A stretch of 62,912 bases of DNA, the filler included, from Bigelowiella natans CCMP2755 (taxonomy: Eukaryota; Protista; Cercozoa), in the NCBI GenBank assembly GCA_000320545.1. It is 9 parts of 9 records of this genome, joined end to end, with 100 filler letters (N's around TTAATTAATTAA, not from the genome) between each part and the next. Parts side by side here need not be neighbours in the genome. Positions count along the whole stretch, not along the records: positions 4,116 to 18,641 come from ADNK01003123.1; positions 18,742 to 33,956 come from ADNK01002888.1; 7 more parts are not named here. One strand, given 5' to 3'. Each line of letters opens with the position of its first letter. Position 1 is the first letter of the stretch. A program made the translations under genes and the position numbers. The notes beneath the pieces are model-generated. The model was not told the origin of the DNA and did not search any database. It saw only the letters and a list, made by a program, of their open reading frames with translations. Below are positions 13,277-24,450 of this stretch, piece by piece.

Positions 13277-13845
13277 AGTTGGGTGAAAGTGTAAACAATA
13301 CGCATTTAGCATGCTGTATGATAAAGAAAGTCAAAATATATGTAGGGTGGATGTATTTGAATCTATTGTCACAATTTTATTCTAAAGGCTTACGCCATCA
13401 ATTTGAGTCTTCGTTCTAATTCATTTCTTAATTGCCAGGTAGTCTGTTGAAGTAGTAGCAGCACCAATGATAAAACAAAAGTAATAAGTATTATAGAAAA
13501 TGAATGATAATATGAATAACATTAGTAGAGGTCAGTACCAATGAGATGCTGATACCACGAATGGTATAATAATCATTGTAAGTAATAATTACAATAGAAA
13601 TGTAAGAAAAGTGAGTTTCAACATTACAGTCGTAGTAGCAACACCTAGAGAATGTTACGAAGGAGCAATACATAAATTCAATCGTATCGATATTTTCTTG
13701 CGTGCCTCTTCTTTTTGTCCAATATATTTTTGCAACATAAGGTGTTAATTGATTATACTTCGGCATCCTGAGTAGCATAATCGATGAAATCGTCCCTCAA
13801 CGTCTGTAAAAATGAATTCTGAGAAGTCGTAATGCTAATATGCCT

Positions 13846-13897
<52 letters not shown>

Positions 13898-14581
13898 TTT
13901 TATAAGTGTGTTCATAGGTTATAAATTTTATATAAATGCGAAGCACAGTGGGTAATGATCGACTCAATTATGTATTGAAATATACTTCTACTCCCCCTGC
14001 TCCCAAATGATAATGTCTCGACACTTTTAAATACGGCTAAGAAAAATCATGATGATAATTTATCCAATCCCTCAAATAGACCACATTTAATGTCATGTAC
14101 TAATTAACTTTTCAATATTCTCACATCATATCCTCCTCACTAATATCTGATCACTAAACGCTCAACAATGACGACACCGGACTATGACAATACCAACTCT
14201 ATCTGGATTATTATTAAAGATGATGGTTTATCCATTATTCAAAGAAAAGAACTCACCAAATCACGCTGAATTTCATCTATTGGAGGTAAATACGTCAACT
14301 TTCCCTAATAATACAGATTAAAGAAGTTATTTGATGTCCACTATCTCTTCTTTCACCTTTCATCACTCACTCACGTTTCAGTTTATTAACATGTTATTTA
14401 TACCGGCAATCCATTCTTGAGAAGTTGCTTTTTAGAAAACCGTTCTTTCATCGGTATCTAACGAATGAACGCCACATAAATAAGTTTAAAAAATTCAAAT
14501 GCGACGATTTAACATTCATAAATCGTTAATAATAGCTGCCTGCGTATGGATCACAAGAGCGTACACACGCGCGCACACGGG

Positions 14582-14614
<33 letters not shown>

Positions 14615-15024
14615 GTAATTCAAATACAAAAAAGTTGTTGCTTATATGGAAATATGTTGTGAGTGTATTATGTATACTTGGAGGTGATCCTACCTTCTTA
14701 TATTTATTTCCTAACAATGCTGCTGCAAGTGATTCAAGGCTATAACTGAGAGAACGCATCAGTGTGAGAGACGGTCAGCATGATGGGTCTCATCATCATG
14801 GAGAACGTTAAATAGTAGTAACCAGGTTGATATCATTGTATTATGGCACAGCAGCCGCAGCAACAACAACAGCAACAACAACAGCAGCAACAGCATCCAT
14901 CATCATTATCATAATCATCATCATCCTGCTTCACCCTTGAGATATTGGTCTAGAAGCATGCCAAAGACGTGCCATATGCATTGTGTCTCCTTAAGATGAT
15001 GAATTTATAGTACGAAGAAGGAAA

Positions 15025-15056
<32 letters not shown>

Positions 15057-16790
15057 TATCGGTCATTGTTAAAATACAGAAGGAGTCTATGAAACTTTAT
15101 TCAATTTTCTGTTTTTGTCTGGAACAAGTCTGACATGAATGCAAGGGGGTAGTAGCTCTGGATGATAGCTATTACTACTTACCTCCAAGTCCTTGCACGT
15201 CAATACCGTGATTCCATAGCACATGTCGGTCAAATCCATAATTATGCCACACCTTAAAAATATGAATAAATAATTGCTCAGCAAGTAGTAAGATTTAATG
15301 ATGATGATCATGATCATGATGAATGTTGGCAATGATGGTTAATTACTAAATTATTTAATATTTGTCTACGACCCTAGTAGAAAGCATATAGTCATAATAA
15401 TGACAGGACAAAGTAGCAGAAATATAGGTGATAACAAGGAAGAGATATTCATTATCTTAAGGGGGGAGGGGGAAAGATATTCTCTTCCTTCAGTTTTTTC
15501 ATTAATTCTTTACTAACTAAAAAGGAAGGTTTCTCCACTTCAATTTTGCCTCTTCTTCTATACTTAATATATTCTCTTCTGTTTTCCCTCTCGTTATTAA
15601 TTTAATGATGGAATCGAAAGTGTGTGACAACCAACTTTCTTAATTTGGATATCTTCGAAGTAGTTTTGAAAAAGATCCAACGTCCCCTTAGTAGTCAACA
15701 ATGTAGCAGCACATACATACACTTATTTGTAAACAGAAATACATACACACACACATACACACATGACATCTAGATGGATGTGGAGGAAGAGGGAGTCGGG
15801 GGAGAGGTAAAATCTAAAGAATTCTCACAATATTTTCTGCATCTAATCAAATATAAGTGAGTCTTGTTGTCTGATGCTGGTACTGCATACTTACTGCGGG
15901 TTGATAAATAAGACGACTAGTGTGTGCGCGAGATAGATGTGTTTTTATTAATAATAATCATCCCACTGTAATGCGTAATAAATAATACTAAATTTTGGTA
16001 GATAATGATAAATGCGCTACTATACACATCCATTACCTCTGCATCATCGAGGTTGTCAATAAAAAGTTTTGGTCCTGGCAGCAAAAGAGAACAGAGATCA
16101 AGGGGGAAACAGTAGTTCTTCCGTAACTAATACGATGATTTTTTATGGTTTCTGCTGTGATAAATGAAGCAGAAGGAAGGTGTTGTAAGGAGAAAGATAG
16201 TGTGAATATAATCTAAGAATTGATAACGATTTTCGCCGCTCTGGTTCCTAATATTTCCAAACAATATGATGACAGTAATAATCATTATCATCATCATCGT
16301 ACTACCATTGCCAAAATCCACGTCTGGTCCACAGAAAATGGTTGCGCAAGTCACGAATCCCTGATGGATAGATAGATATAGTCCGGATGCAGCTTTAGTT
16401 TATTGCGTGTCTTTCCTACAACCCTCGACCCTAGCGATAAGATTTTCCTACTACTACTACAACTACTACTAATAATACCTGGCCGACCCTAGCGATGAGA
16501 TTTTCCTACTACTACTACTACTACTACAACAACTACTGCTACTACTAATACCTGGCCGATCGGGCTCTTATCCATGTCTATGCCAGCAACTTCGGTGTCG
16601 CACGCATGATATCTATCTCTGTACTCATACAGAACAGAGATTGCACGTTCCGCAGAGGCTTCGTCATCTACGACAGTAACTCCTGGACCAGCAGTCGAAG
16701 AACGGCCTCTGGGGAAATCATCAGCTTTGGTTGTTTCCAACGAGGAAGTCGATATCATTTGCACGTTGAACATTCTTCTCCTCCGTCTCC
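7138..16790 (-). CDS. POP: Plant-type organellar DNA polymerase (POP; family A polymerase with 3'-5' exonuclease), at least 37 exons
   Basis: Exonuclease motifs: HACDTEVAGID, VWHNYGFDRHVL, DTMHMARLW, FIDYATQDAE. Polymerase motifs: LNLNTETGRLSSRKPNLQNQPALEK, A VADYGQLELRVLAHMANC, GGDFHSRTA, B ERRKAKTLNFSIAYGKT, RAAINTPIQGGAADIVM, C LQIHDEVILEGP. The C-terminus is VDAKSAMTWYDAK* (stop at 7138). POP-specific segments include GKEACLAV, LLEWD..PPKPMLKDVYGSE and FCGPDVDFGNG. Exon phases were consistent wherever checked. Confidence 0.96.
16427..16557. repeat. Tandem duplication (58 + 73 bp) including a POP splice donor
   Basis: gaccctagcgat(a/g)agattttcctactact...aatacctggcc occurs twice (16427-16484 and 16485-16557). 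Confidence 0.9.
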
Positions 16791-18014
16791 TCCCTCTCCT
16801 CCTCACATCAATCATGAAACGAGGGTTCGATAGATGATAAGAGGATCGAGTCATCAGTAACAATTGCCTGTTACAAGATGCCCTGCTACGACTACTACCA
16901 CTGCTACAGCGCATTGTTGTTATTTGTTGTTAGTGTTGCAGCAGCTGCCACTCACTGGGAACTCACTTGACTCACTTCCTCTGCACTACTACTACTACTT
17001 CTTCTACTACTACAATGATACAAGAAAAATCCTCCTCCTCCTCCAATTCTATAATTCGATGTGCACTGATGACTATGATCTTGTAGATTCCTTTTTCTGG
17101 TACTCTGATCTTTTTTTTCTTCAGCGAAGAATGATCATTTTGACGACATATAATTTCTCATGTCGCAATCTTCAAATTGACTCAAATACCAGTTGCATTA
17201 TAATTCTGACGATGTAACGATTTGTATTGGGTTAATATTGAACGACAAGAAAAATGGAATAATTAAACTAGCAAAGCATAAATAAATTGCAATTACAATT
17301 TTTTGAATTTTTTAAAAACGTACGGGATCGAAGGATCCACTCGCAGATCTGCTGACAAGGGCACCATAGTAGCAATGGCAATCAGCTCATTTTCAACAGT
17401 CCAACACGGAAGTCCCGTTCGGATGTTTCAAAAGCAACAATCCTAGGAATGCTGGAGAAGATGATACAAATAGCCGCTATCGTATGCAATGATTTTCATT
17501 TGATTAAGAATTCACAATAATACCATTCATCTCAAACTTTGATCGTTATTCTGCTCCAATATTATGCCCAGATTATTACCCTAGCAAGTGAGGTGAGCTG
17601 TGACCCCTACTTCAACATTTCGGGTTTCTTCAAAACTCGAAAAGTGGTTACTCATGGTCGCAGCGATTGGCTTCCTCCTATTCCGCCTCTTATCGGATTT
17701 CTTCAGGTTTGTGGATGATGCCAGAGAAGATTGATACAATAATTTCACTTGAACGAATACAATAGGCCGAGGAGGTTGTTGCTCGTCGTTACTACCCAGG
17801 GAAAGGTTTTTTTACGATACAGCCTTGGGATCGGATCAATATACAAGTTGTTGTAGCTAGATAGCAGAAAGAGAGAGAGACGATCGTGTATGTGCGAAGA
17901 ATTCTAGATATATGCCATGACTCTCTATCTATCTATCTATCCATCTATCTATCTTCTCTGACTCAATCTATCTGTATATGTCTCTCTCTATCGATCTTTC
18001 TTCTCTGACTCAAT

Positions 18015-18058
<44 letters not shown>

Positions 18059-18641
18059 ATCTCTACCTCTATCTCTCTCTCTATCTATCTATCTATCTAT
18101 CTTCTCTGACTCAATTTATGTGTTTCTGTCTCTTTCTATCGATCTATCTTTATCTCTACCTTTATCTTTGTCTTTATCTTTGCTTTGGTTGTGGACTGGG
18201 TATCTTTTTTACAAACTTACTGCTACGCCGATTGTCTCGAGCTATTCCTAACTTTTCCATTAACTGTAAAATAGCGAATAAATCCCTTGAACGAAACTAT
18301 CAATCTGGTGGCACCAACGGGTCAATCGTATGAGGATATAATTAAAGATGTTGGAGATGCCGGTATTGATGAAAATGAGGATAATAACGGTGGTCCTAAT
18401 GCTACCACAAAGGAAAGGAAAGGAGGGATTTATGTTGCCCCCTCCTGGCTTCAGGTGAAAGTTGTAAATGCATTATGTTGATAATGATTATGATAATCAT
18501 ATTGATGATAATGGTGATGATGATGATGATGATGAATAATGATGAAAATCGTGAAATCCAGCCGGAGTTGTCTCACAGATGATAGTAACACTACTTCTTG
18601 CTATTCTTCAACGACTTCTTCTTCTACAATGACTTCTTCTT
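16790..18641 (-). CDS. Probable low-complexity N-terminal exons or targeting leader of POP (unresolved)
   Basis: Short minus-strand open segments with donor sites (e.g. LMEKLGIARDNRRS|gtaagt at ~18217-18264; NLKKSDKRRNRRKPIAATM at ~17650-17790) lie between the first recognisable POP exon and the gap. No homology was recognised. Confidence 0.3.
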
Positions 18642-18741
18642 NNNNNNNNNNNNNNNNNNNNNNNNNNNNNNNNNNNNNNNNNNNNTTAATTAATTAANNN
18701 NNNNNNNNNNNNNNNNNNNNNNNNNNNNNNNNNNNNNNNNN
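18642..18741. other. Assembly gap with artificial linker
   Basis: 44 N + TTAATTAATTAA + 44 N. Confidence 0.98.
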
Positions 18742-18852
18742 CCATACTGCAGCATTCTTGACATCCTTATGACCTTTTTCCTTCTTCTTCTTTTTTTTTC
18801 CTTCTTCTTCTTCTTCTTCTTCTACTGCTGCTGCTGCTATTACTCGTCACAG

Positions 18853-19259
18853 AATGCTGATCGTTCACGAAGTCATGGGGAGGCATTGTGGATGGCTCAC
18901 AGTTGCTACCGCTGAGGTAGTAAAGTAGTAGTTGTTGTAGGAGGGGGGGGGAGAAGGAGAAAGAGAATGGCAGGTTGTAAGAGAAGTGGTGATAGGAGCA
19001 AGCCCATCCATCCATGATGGTACTCATCGTTGGAAGCTACGAGAATAGCAGTAGTTACGATGTGATAATAGCACTTCCATGTTTGACGGTGCTGCTGTCA
19101 TTGGTACTACTACTACCACTAATACTTACTACTACAACTCCCTCTCCTACTCCTCCTAGCAATACCGCAAAAGATTGAAGAAAGGCGATTATCTTGACGA
19201 AATGGGGGTAAGTTGTTAAGAATAGCTTGTGCGTATTATACAGGAACATGAATGAAGGG

Positions 19260-19291
<32 letters not shown>

Positions 19292-19546
19292 CGGTATTGC
19301 CCCTTCCTCATTCTCCCCTTCATGGGTAGAACCCTTCGTCGTCATCTTCGTGTGTTTTGTGAATATGAAGCATGGTTGATCCCTGTCAAAAGCAAGTTTG
19401 CAACCCCTTATAATGTAATGAATGGCGGTGTTGCTTGTGCTTGTGCTTGTGCTTGTGCTTGTGCTTGTGTATCGTATCTGCCATTCAATCTATCAATAGA
19501 TCGATAAACGAATCAATAGATGAGCGTTCCTGTCTTCTTCTTTTTC

Positions 19547-19581
<35 letters not shown>

Positions 19582-19711
19582 GCGCCAGGTGTCGCTCACT
19601 AAAAGGGATGTCCATGGGGTGTACATCCCTGAAATGAGAATCGATATTGATGCCGAAGGAGCACGTCTTCGTGCTATTATGGATGAGGTAATACGATATA
19701 CCCATCGTAAT

Positions 19712-19748
<37 letters not shown>

Positions 19749-20129
19749 CGTAAGGAGGAGGGGGAATGATAATATGTAGTGGTGCAAACGACAACGAATA
19801 TATTGGAACCCCTCCCCCCCCCCCCCCTTCAAAGCATCCAGCCAAGAACGATATTGCATCATCAAATTTACTGATTCTTCTACTCAACCCCCCCCCCCTC
19901 GCCTCCCCCTCCTTTTCCCAATCAATCGTTGTAGATCGGCAACGTGAATGTCTTCATCAGCGAGGGTGCTGCACAAGATATCATCGTCAAGGAAAAGGTG
20001 ATGACTTGAAATTGTAGGCTGATGAACTTGGGGTTGACGATGATACAAGAACCTAATACAAAATACAGCGATCTTGCCATTGGAAAGTGCACCATCCGCA
20101 CTACTACTACTAATACTACTAACACAGCA

Positions 20130-20171
<42 letters not shown>

Positions 20172-21265
20172 AATAAATACATGTTGTTGTAGGAAGAAAA
20201 AGGCGAAAAGCTTCCTCGTGACGCCTTTGGACATGTTAAGTTGGACAAGGTTCCAAATACTAATAATACTACTACTACTACTACTATTACTACTACTATT
20301 GTGTTGTGTTCTGCTGCTGTTACTAGTAGTAGTAGCAGTAATGATAGTAAGGATGGTACTGATTGCGTTAAGAGGAAGGATGAGCTTCTAACATTCTGCT
20401 GCTCTACTTTAACCATCACTCATCATCGTTTTTACCATCAATCAATCATCGCTGTACCATCGTTTTTGTCATCATTCTCTATGACAATCATGGCAATCAG
20501 GTGAATGCAGGCCAATGGATGGCAGATCGACTCAAGCCGATTGTAGGTGCTAGGAAAGTGCTGGTACTACTTCTGCGCTATTGTTTGTCTGTTCTTATGA
20601 TATACTTCACACTGTAACTCGAAACGTATTCGCAATATGTTTTGTTATCAACAATGCATGGTACGATGCTGTGCCTAAGTGCGGTGGTGGTCAAGTTGTA
20701 GTAGTGGTAGTAGTAGTAGTAGTAGTATAGTTGAAGCAGTAGTATCGTATAATATCTTGGGATGTTAATACACATCTCGTGCAACCACCCCCCCCCCCCC
20801 CCCTCCAGGTGCAAAAGTCAGGTTACCGTGCACGATCTTCCCCAGCCAACACGTTTGACAGGTGGTGAGAGGAGGAGGAGGAGGAGGGATTTCTATTCCT
20901 ACCCTTCTCTACTTCTTCTTTTTCCTCCTGCTACCACTACCACTTGCATGCATGGGCACAACAACAATAGTAAGTTGGAAGATAGGTAACACGATATATG
21001 GTATTCTCGTAGCAGTATAACGTTATAATTCACGTCTTTCTTCGTTTGCTGTTGTTGTTGTTGTTGTTGTGGGTCACCATGAAAGGAATCTAATCAAAAG
21101 CTGTGTGACTTATGCCGTCGAGGCTGCTTTCAGGGGTATGTTTGTATGTATGTATGTATGTATGTATGTATGTGTGTATGTATGATGTTGATGAGTATAT
21201 AGTTATAACCATAATTATGATGACTCTTCATACTAATAATTATAAAACTATTATATATATATTAA

Positions 21266-21297
<32 letters not shown>

Positions 21298-21681
21298 CAT
21301 TTGTTGTTTACGGAGCTGCTCACGATGTGTGTGTGATTACTTGTGTCCTCTCATGTCGATGATGTAGGAGAAAGTGGCCTTGTTGGCCACGATGATCAGG
21401 ACGGAAAGCTTAAGGTGTTTGCAACTACGATCTACTAATACTACTACTACTTTAACTACTACTACTACTACTACTACTACTACATGTTTGCTTGTTATTG
21501 GGTGGTGGTGGTTGGTGTTGTTGTTGTTGGACCTCTGTATCAAGCATCATCATCATCATCATAGCGTTCATCATCATCTTCTTCTTCTTCTTCTTCTTCT
21601 TCTTCTTCTTCTTCCAGGCGTTGGACTTTAAGCGCGTAAAAGGAGGAAAACCATTCGATACAGGTAGTGCTGCCATATTTC

Positions 21682-21716
<35 letters not shown>

Positions 21717-21749
21717 GTGGTTGTGACGTAAAGTAGCCGAGAATTATAT

Positions 21750-21781
<32 letters not shown>

Positions 21782-21980
21782 ATTGCACGAATCAAGTGTA
21801 CAAGGATGAGGGCTATTACTATATGAAAGCACACACGCTTGTCAGCCACCATCTACCTACTTGCAGCAAATCTCGATTGTGTATCTACGATTTGTTTATT
21901 GCCACTTTAGCCTAATCAATGAAGTTGGTGGCGTCGTGTTGTTCGTTATTGAATCACAAAGCATTTCTCCTCCCCTCCCA

Positions 21981-22012
<32 letters not shown>

Positions 22013-22072
22013 GGATCCAGAGAATACCGTCGGATGATGTTTGAGATAGGACAACCTGTCGAGCGCACTTGG

Positions 22073-22075
<3 letters not shown>
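18853..22075 (+). CDS. pfp: Pyrophosphate-dependent phosphofructokinase (PPi-PFK/PFP), Propionibacterium-like type; C-terminal half, N-terminal half in gap; apparent 1-nt frameshift at ~20840
   Basis: Exons: RMLIVHEVMGRHCGWLTVATAE (18853-18916) / QYRKRLKKGDYLDEMG (19160-19207) / VSLTKRDVHGVYIPEMRIDIDAEGARLRAIMDE / IGNVNVFISEGAAQDIIVKEK / EEKGEKLPRDAFGHVKLDK / VNAGQWMADRLKPIVGARKVL / VQKSGY.ARS(P)ANTFDR / NLIKSCVTYAVEAAFRG / ESGLVGHDDQDGKLK / ALDFKRVKGGKPFDT / GSREYRRMMFEIGQPVERTW*. This matches the MGR, SEG, GHVKLD, QKSGY and GGKPFD motifs of this PFK clade. Confidence 0.93.
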
Positions 22076-22109
<34 letters not shown>

Positions 22110-22673
22110 CAAAGAGAAGGAGGAGGAGGAGGAGCAGGAGGAGGAGGAGCAGGGAAGACAGTTACTACTCAACACGAAAAGCAGTATGAAGAGAGGAGGG
22201 GGGGGGGCGGTTTCACTGTAGCACTATGCAATAACGGATACAAATATCAAAGATTGAATCTATGCAATTGAGACAAAAGAAGAAATTAACTAGATGATGA
22301 TGGCGACAACGCTAGATGTGAATCGTGATATAGCAGTATCAGTAGTTGCAGCACATCTTGTAAGAGAATGGTGCTTGTTGTCGCGTATTCAATAGACCTA
22401 ATAAACCAGCATGGGTGCAGCAAATCGTCACATATGAATAATAGCTACTACTCAACAGAAACCTACATGAATCGAATGAGGTAGTAGGTCTTTATTTGAG
22501 ACATGCGGCAGTCATGCACGGCGTAACTTGTTATTAATGACAAAAGCCATAGCGTAGCTAGCAACGAACAAAATTCAGCTTTTACTTGAGTCCAATTCTC
22601 AATGCACACAGCGCAGTCATGATTTAGCAGTCATTTAATGATGGCGCACGCATTGCTGTGTTGCAAAATTGTA

Positions 22674-23190
22674 GACATGTGATGCCATGTGTATGCCACA
22701 CATGACATTACTGTGTCTATTACAAGTATGGCTCCATCATGGACATGTCTAGATGTGATGCCATGCATGTGCTACACATGATGTCACTGTGTCCATTGTG
22801 AGCATGCTAGCATGGCTCTGTCATGGACATGCAACACCATGCATGTACCATGTGTGATGTCACTGTGTCCATCACAAGTGTGGCTCTGTTGTGGACATGT
22901 GACACCATGCACACACCACACATGATGTCACTGTGTCCATCACAAGTGTGGCTCCATCATGGACATGCAATGCCATGTGTACACTGTGCATGATGTCACT
23001 GTGTCCATCATGAGCATGGCTCCATTGTGGACATGCAATGCCACATGCATACCACACATGACATCACTGTGTCCATTGCAAGTGTGGCTCTGTCACAGAC
23101 ATACAATACCATGTGCATACTGTGCATGGCTCCATTGCAGACATGCAACACCACACATGTACTACATGTGACATTGCTGTGTCTGTTGTC
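22674..23190. repeat. Tandem array of ~8 copies of a 68-bp unit, completely CpG-free
   Basis: Unit starts at 22674, 22742 (84-bp unit with insertions), 22826, 22894, 22962, 23030, 23098 (truncated, 42 bp) and 23140. Consensus-like unit: gacatgtgacaccatgcacacaccacacatgatgtcactgtgtccatcacaagtgtggctccatcatg. Confidence 0.95.
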
Positions 23191-24450
23191 AAAATGTTGA
23201 CTACTAGATGCGACTGGATGGGCACACACAACGCTCGACGCTGCATGCAAGTAGGCGTCGTGTTCACAACAGCGTGGTGTTTTTTCGATCAGATCTGCGA
23301 GGGAGGGTTGTCACAATTGGAAATGTCATGCAAAACTGTGTAGTCCGTGGCAGGATGTCCAATGCCGATCGCGCGCAGTTGCTAGCGCAGAGTGGGCACT
23401 ATTATTGTTCAAATGAATTCTGTGTTGCTTTGTGAATGTTGAGCGCATGCGCAGAAACAGTCAAGAATGCGCTGAGAATGCGATCGGATGTTCATGCATA
23501 CATTCCTAGATCTTGCGCGGCTGACCAATGGCAATTTGAATTGCCCCAACCGCTAGTTGCAACAGTGGTGGCAGCACCACGCTAGCACGCTAGCACGTGT
23601 TACAACTGCGCATGCATGCAGGCTGCTAGCAGAGCAACTTGTTTATTGTGCATGTGGTGTCGCGTTGTATGGTGCTGGATCCAGCGTCACGCATGCATAG
23701 CCCAGCTAGCTACTAGCTAGCTAGATCTAGAGTGTTGCATACCGGGTTTCTGCTGGATGTGACATGGACAACAGCAAGCGCTGTGCACGTAGCCGCTGCT
23801 TCACATGGATGGCTACGCTAGAATGACCATCGAAGCTATTTGGTTGCTTTGTCACACACACACGTCTCACATCTACCGCAGTATTTAGAGATTAGAGATG
23901 TTGCATGATGACGACTGTGTGACTACACTACATGCTAGCATGTGTTTCGCTCACTATCACGCACTAGGTTATCAAGTTAGCGCCGGTCTGCACACATAGC
24001 TGCAGCACGTTGTTCCTAAACTTTCCAGCACGTGCGTGCCCAAAACATTGCGCTCGCGTACGTACGATGCAATGCAACACTTCATGGGAGCTGCAAAGAC
24101 GTACGTGAGCAGTAGCTTCGACAACGAGCGCATCTGACTGTAGCATACACATCCATACATGTGCATATACACATATACATCGCAGCATTGTCATGCACCC
24201 CCCTACGGTAATAGCATTCTTGCGTTTAACAATTATAGTTATATTGCGTCTGGTTATTAGTGCATTCATTTGATCAAGTATGCGATCATATCAGCAAGAA
24301 CCAGCTCGTCCATGAATGCTATCTAAATATTGTTTTCTTATGTGTGCAGAGTCATCGTCACCATGCACGCTATATGTACATGGTAGATGTACTTGCCCAT
24401 TATGCTTGTGGTATCCCTTAAGACATGACGCAAGCTGCTCCTCGATATCC
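23190..24450. other. Intergenic CATG/CTAG-rich block (possible eroded repeat)
   Basis: Runs such as gctagcacgctagcacg, cagctagctactagctagctagatctag and catgcatgca, with no credible ORF. Confidence 0.55.

Noticed and set aside
17319-17370. KRTGSKDPLADLLTRAP resembling the end of Ty1/copia RNase H (DQLADILTKAL)
   Set aside because: The 17-codon frame is closed by stops on both sides, with no RT, integrase or LTR nearby; it is likely chance.
18287-18481. Plus-strand ORF ETINLVAPTGQSYEDIIKDVG.. as the PFK N-terminus
   Set aside because: It lacks the GG/GGDD/PKTIDND motifs and lies among apparent minus-strand POP leader exons; the strand could not be decided.
22674-23190. 68-bp array as a CRISPR array or coding repeat
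   Set aside because: The context is eukaryotic, there is no constant repeat plus unique spacer structure and no cas genes. The short His/Cys/Met-rich ORFs are compositional by-products.
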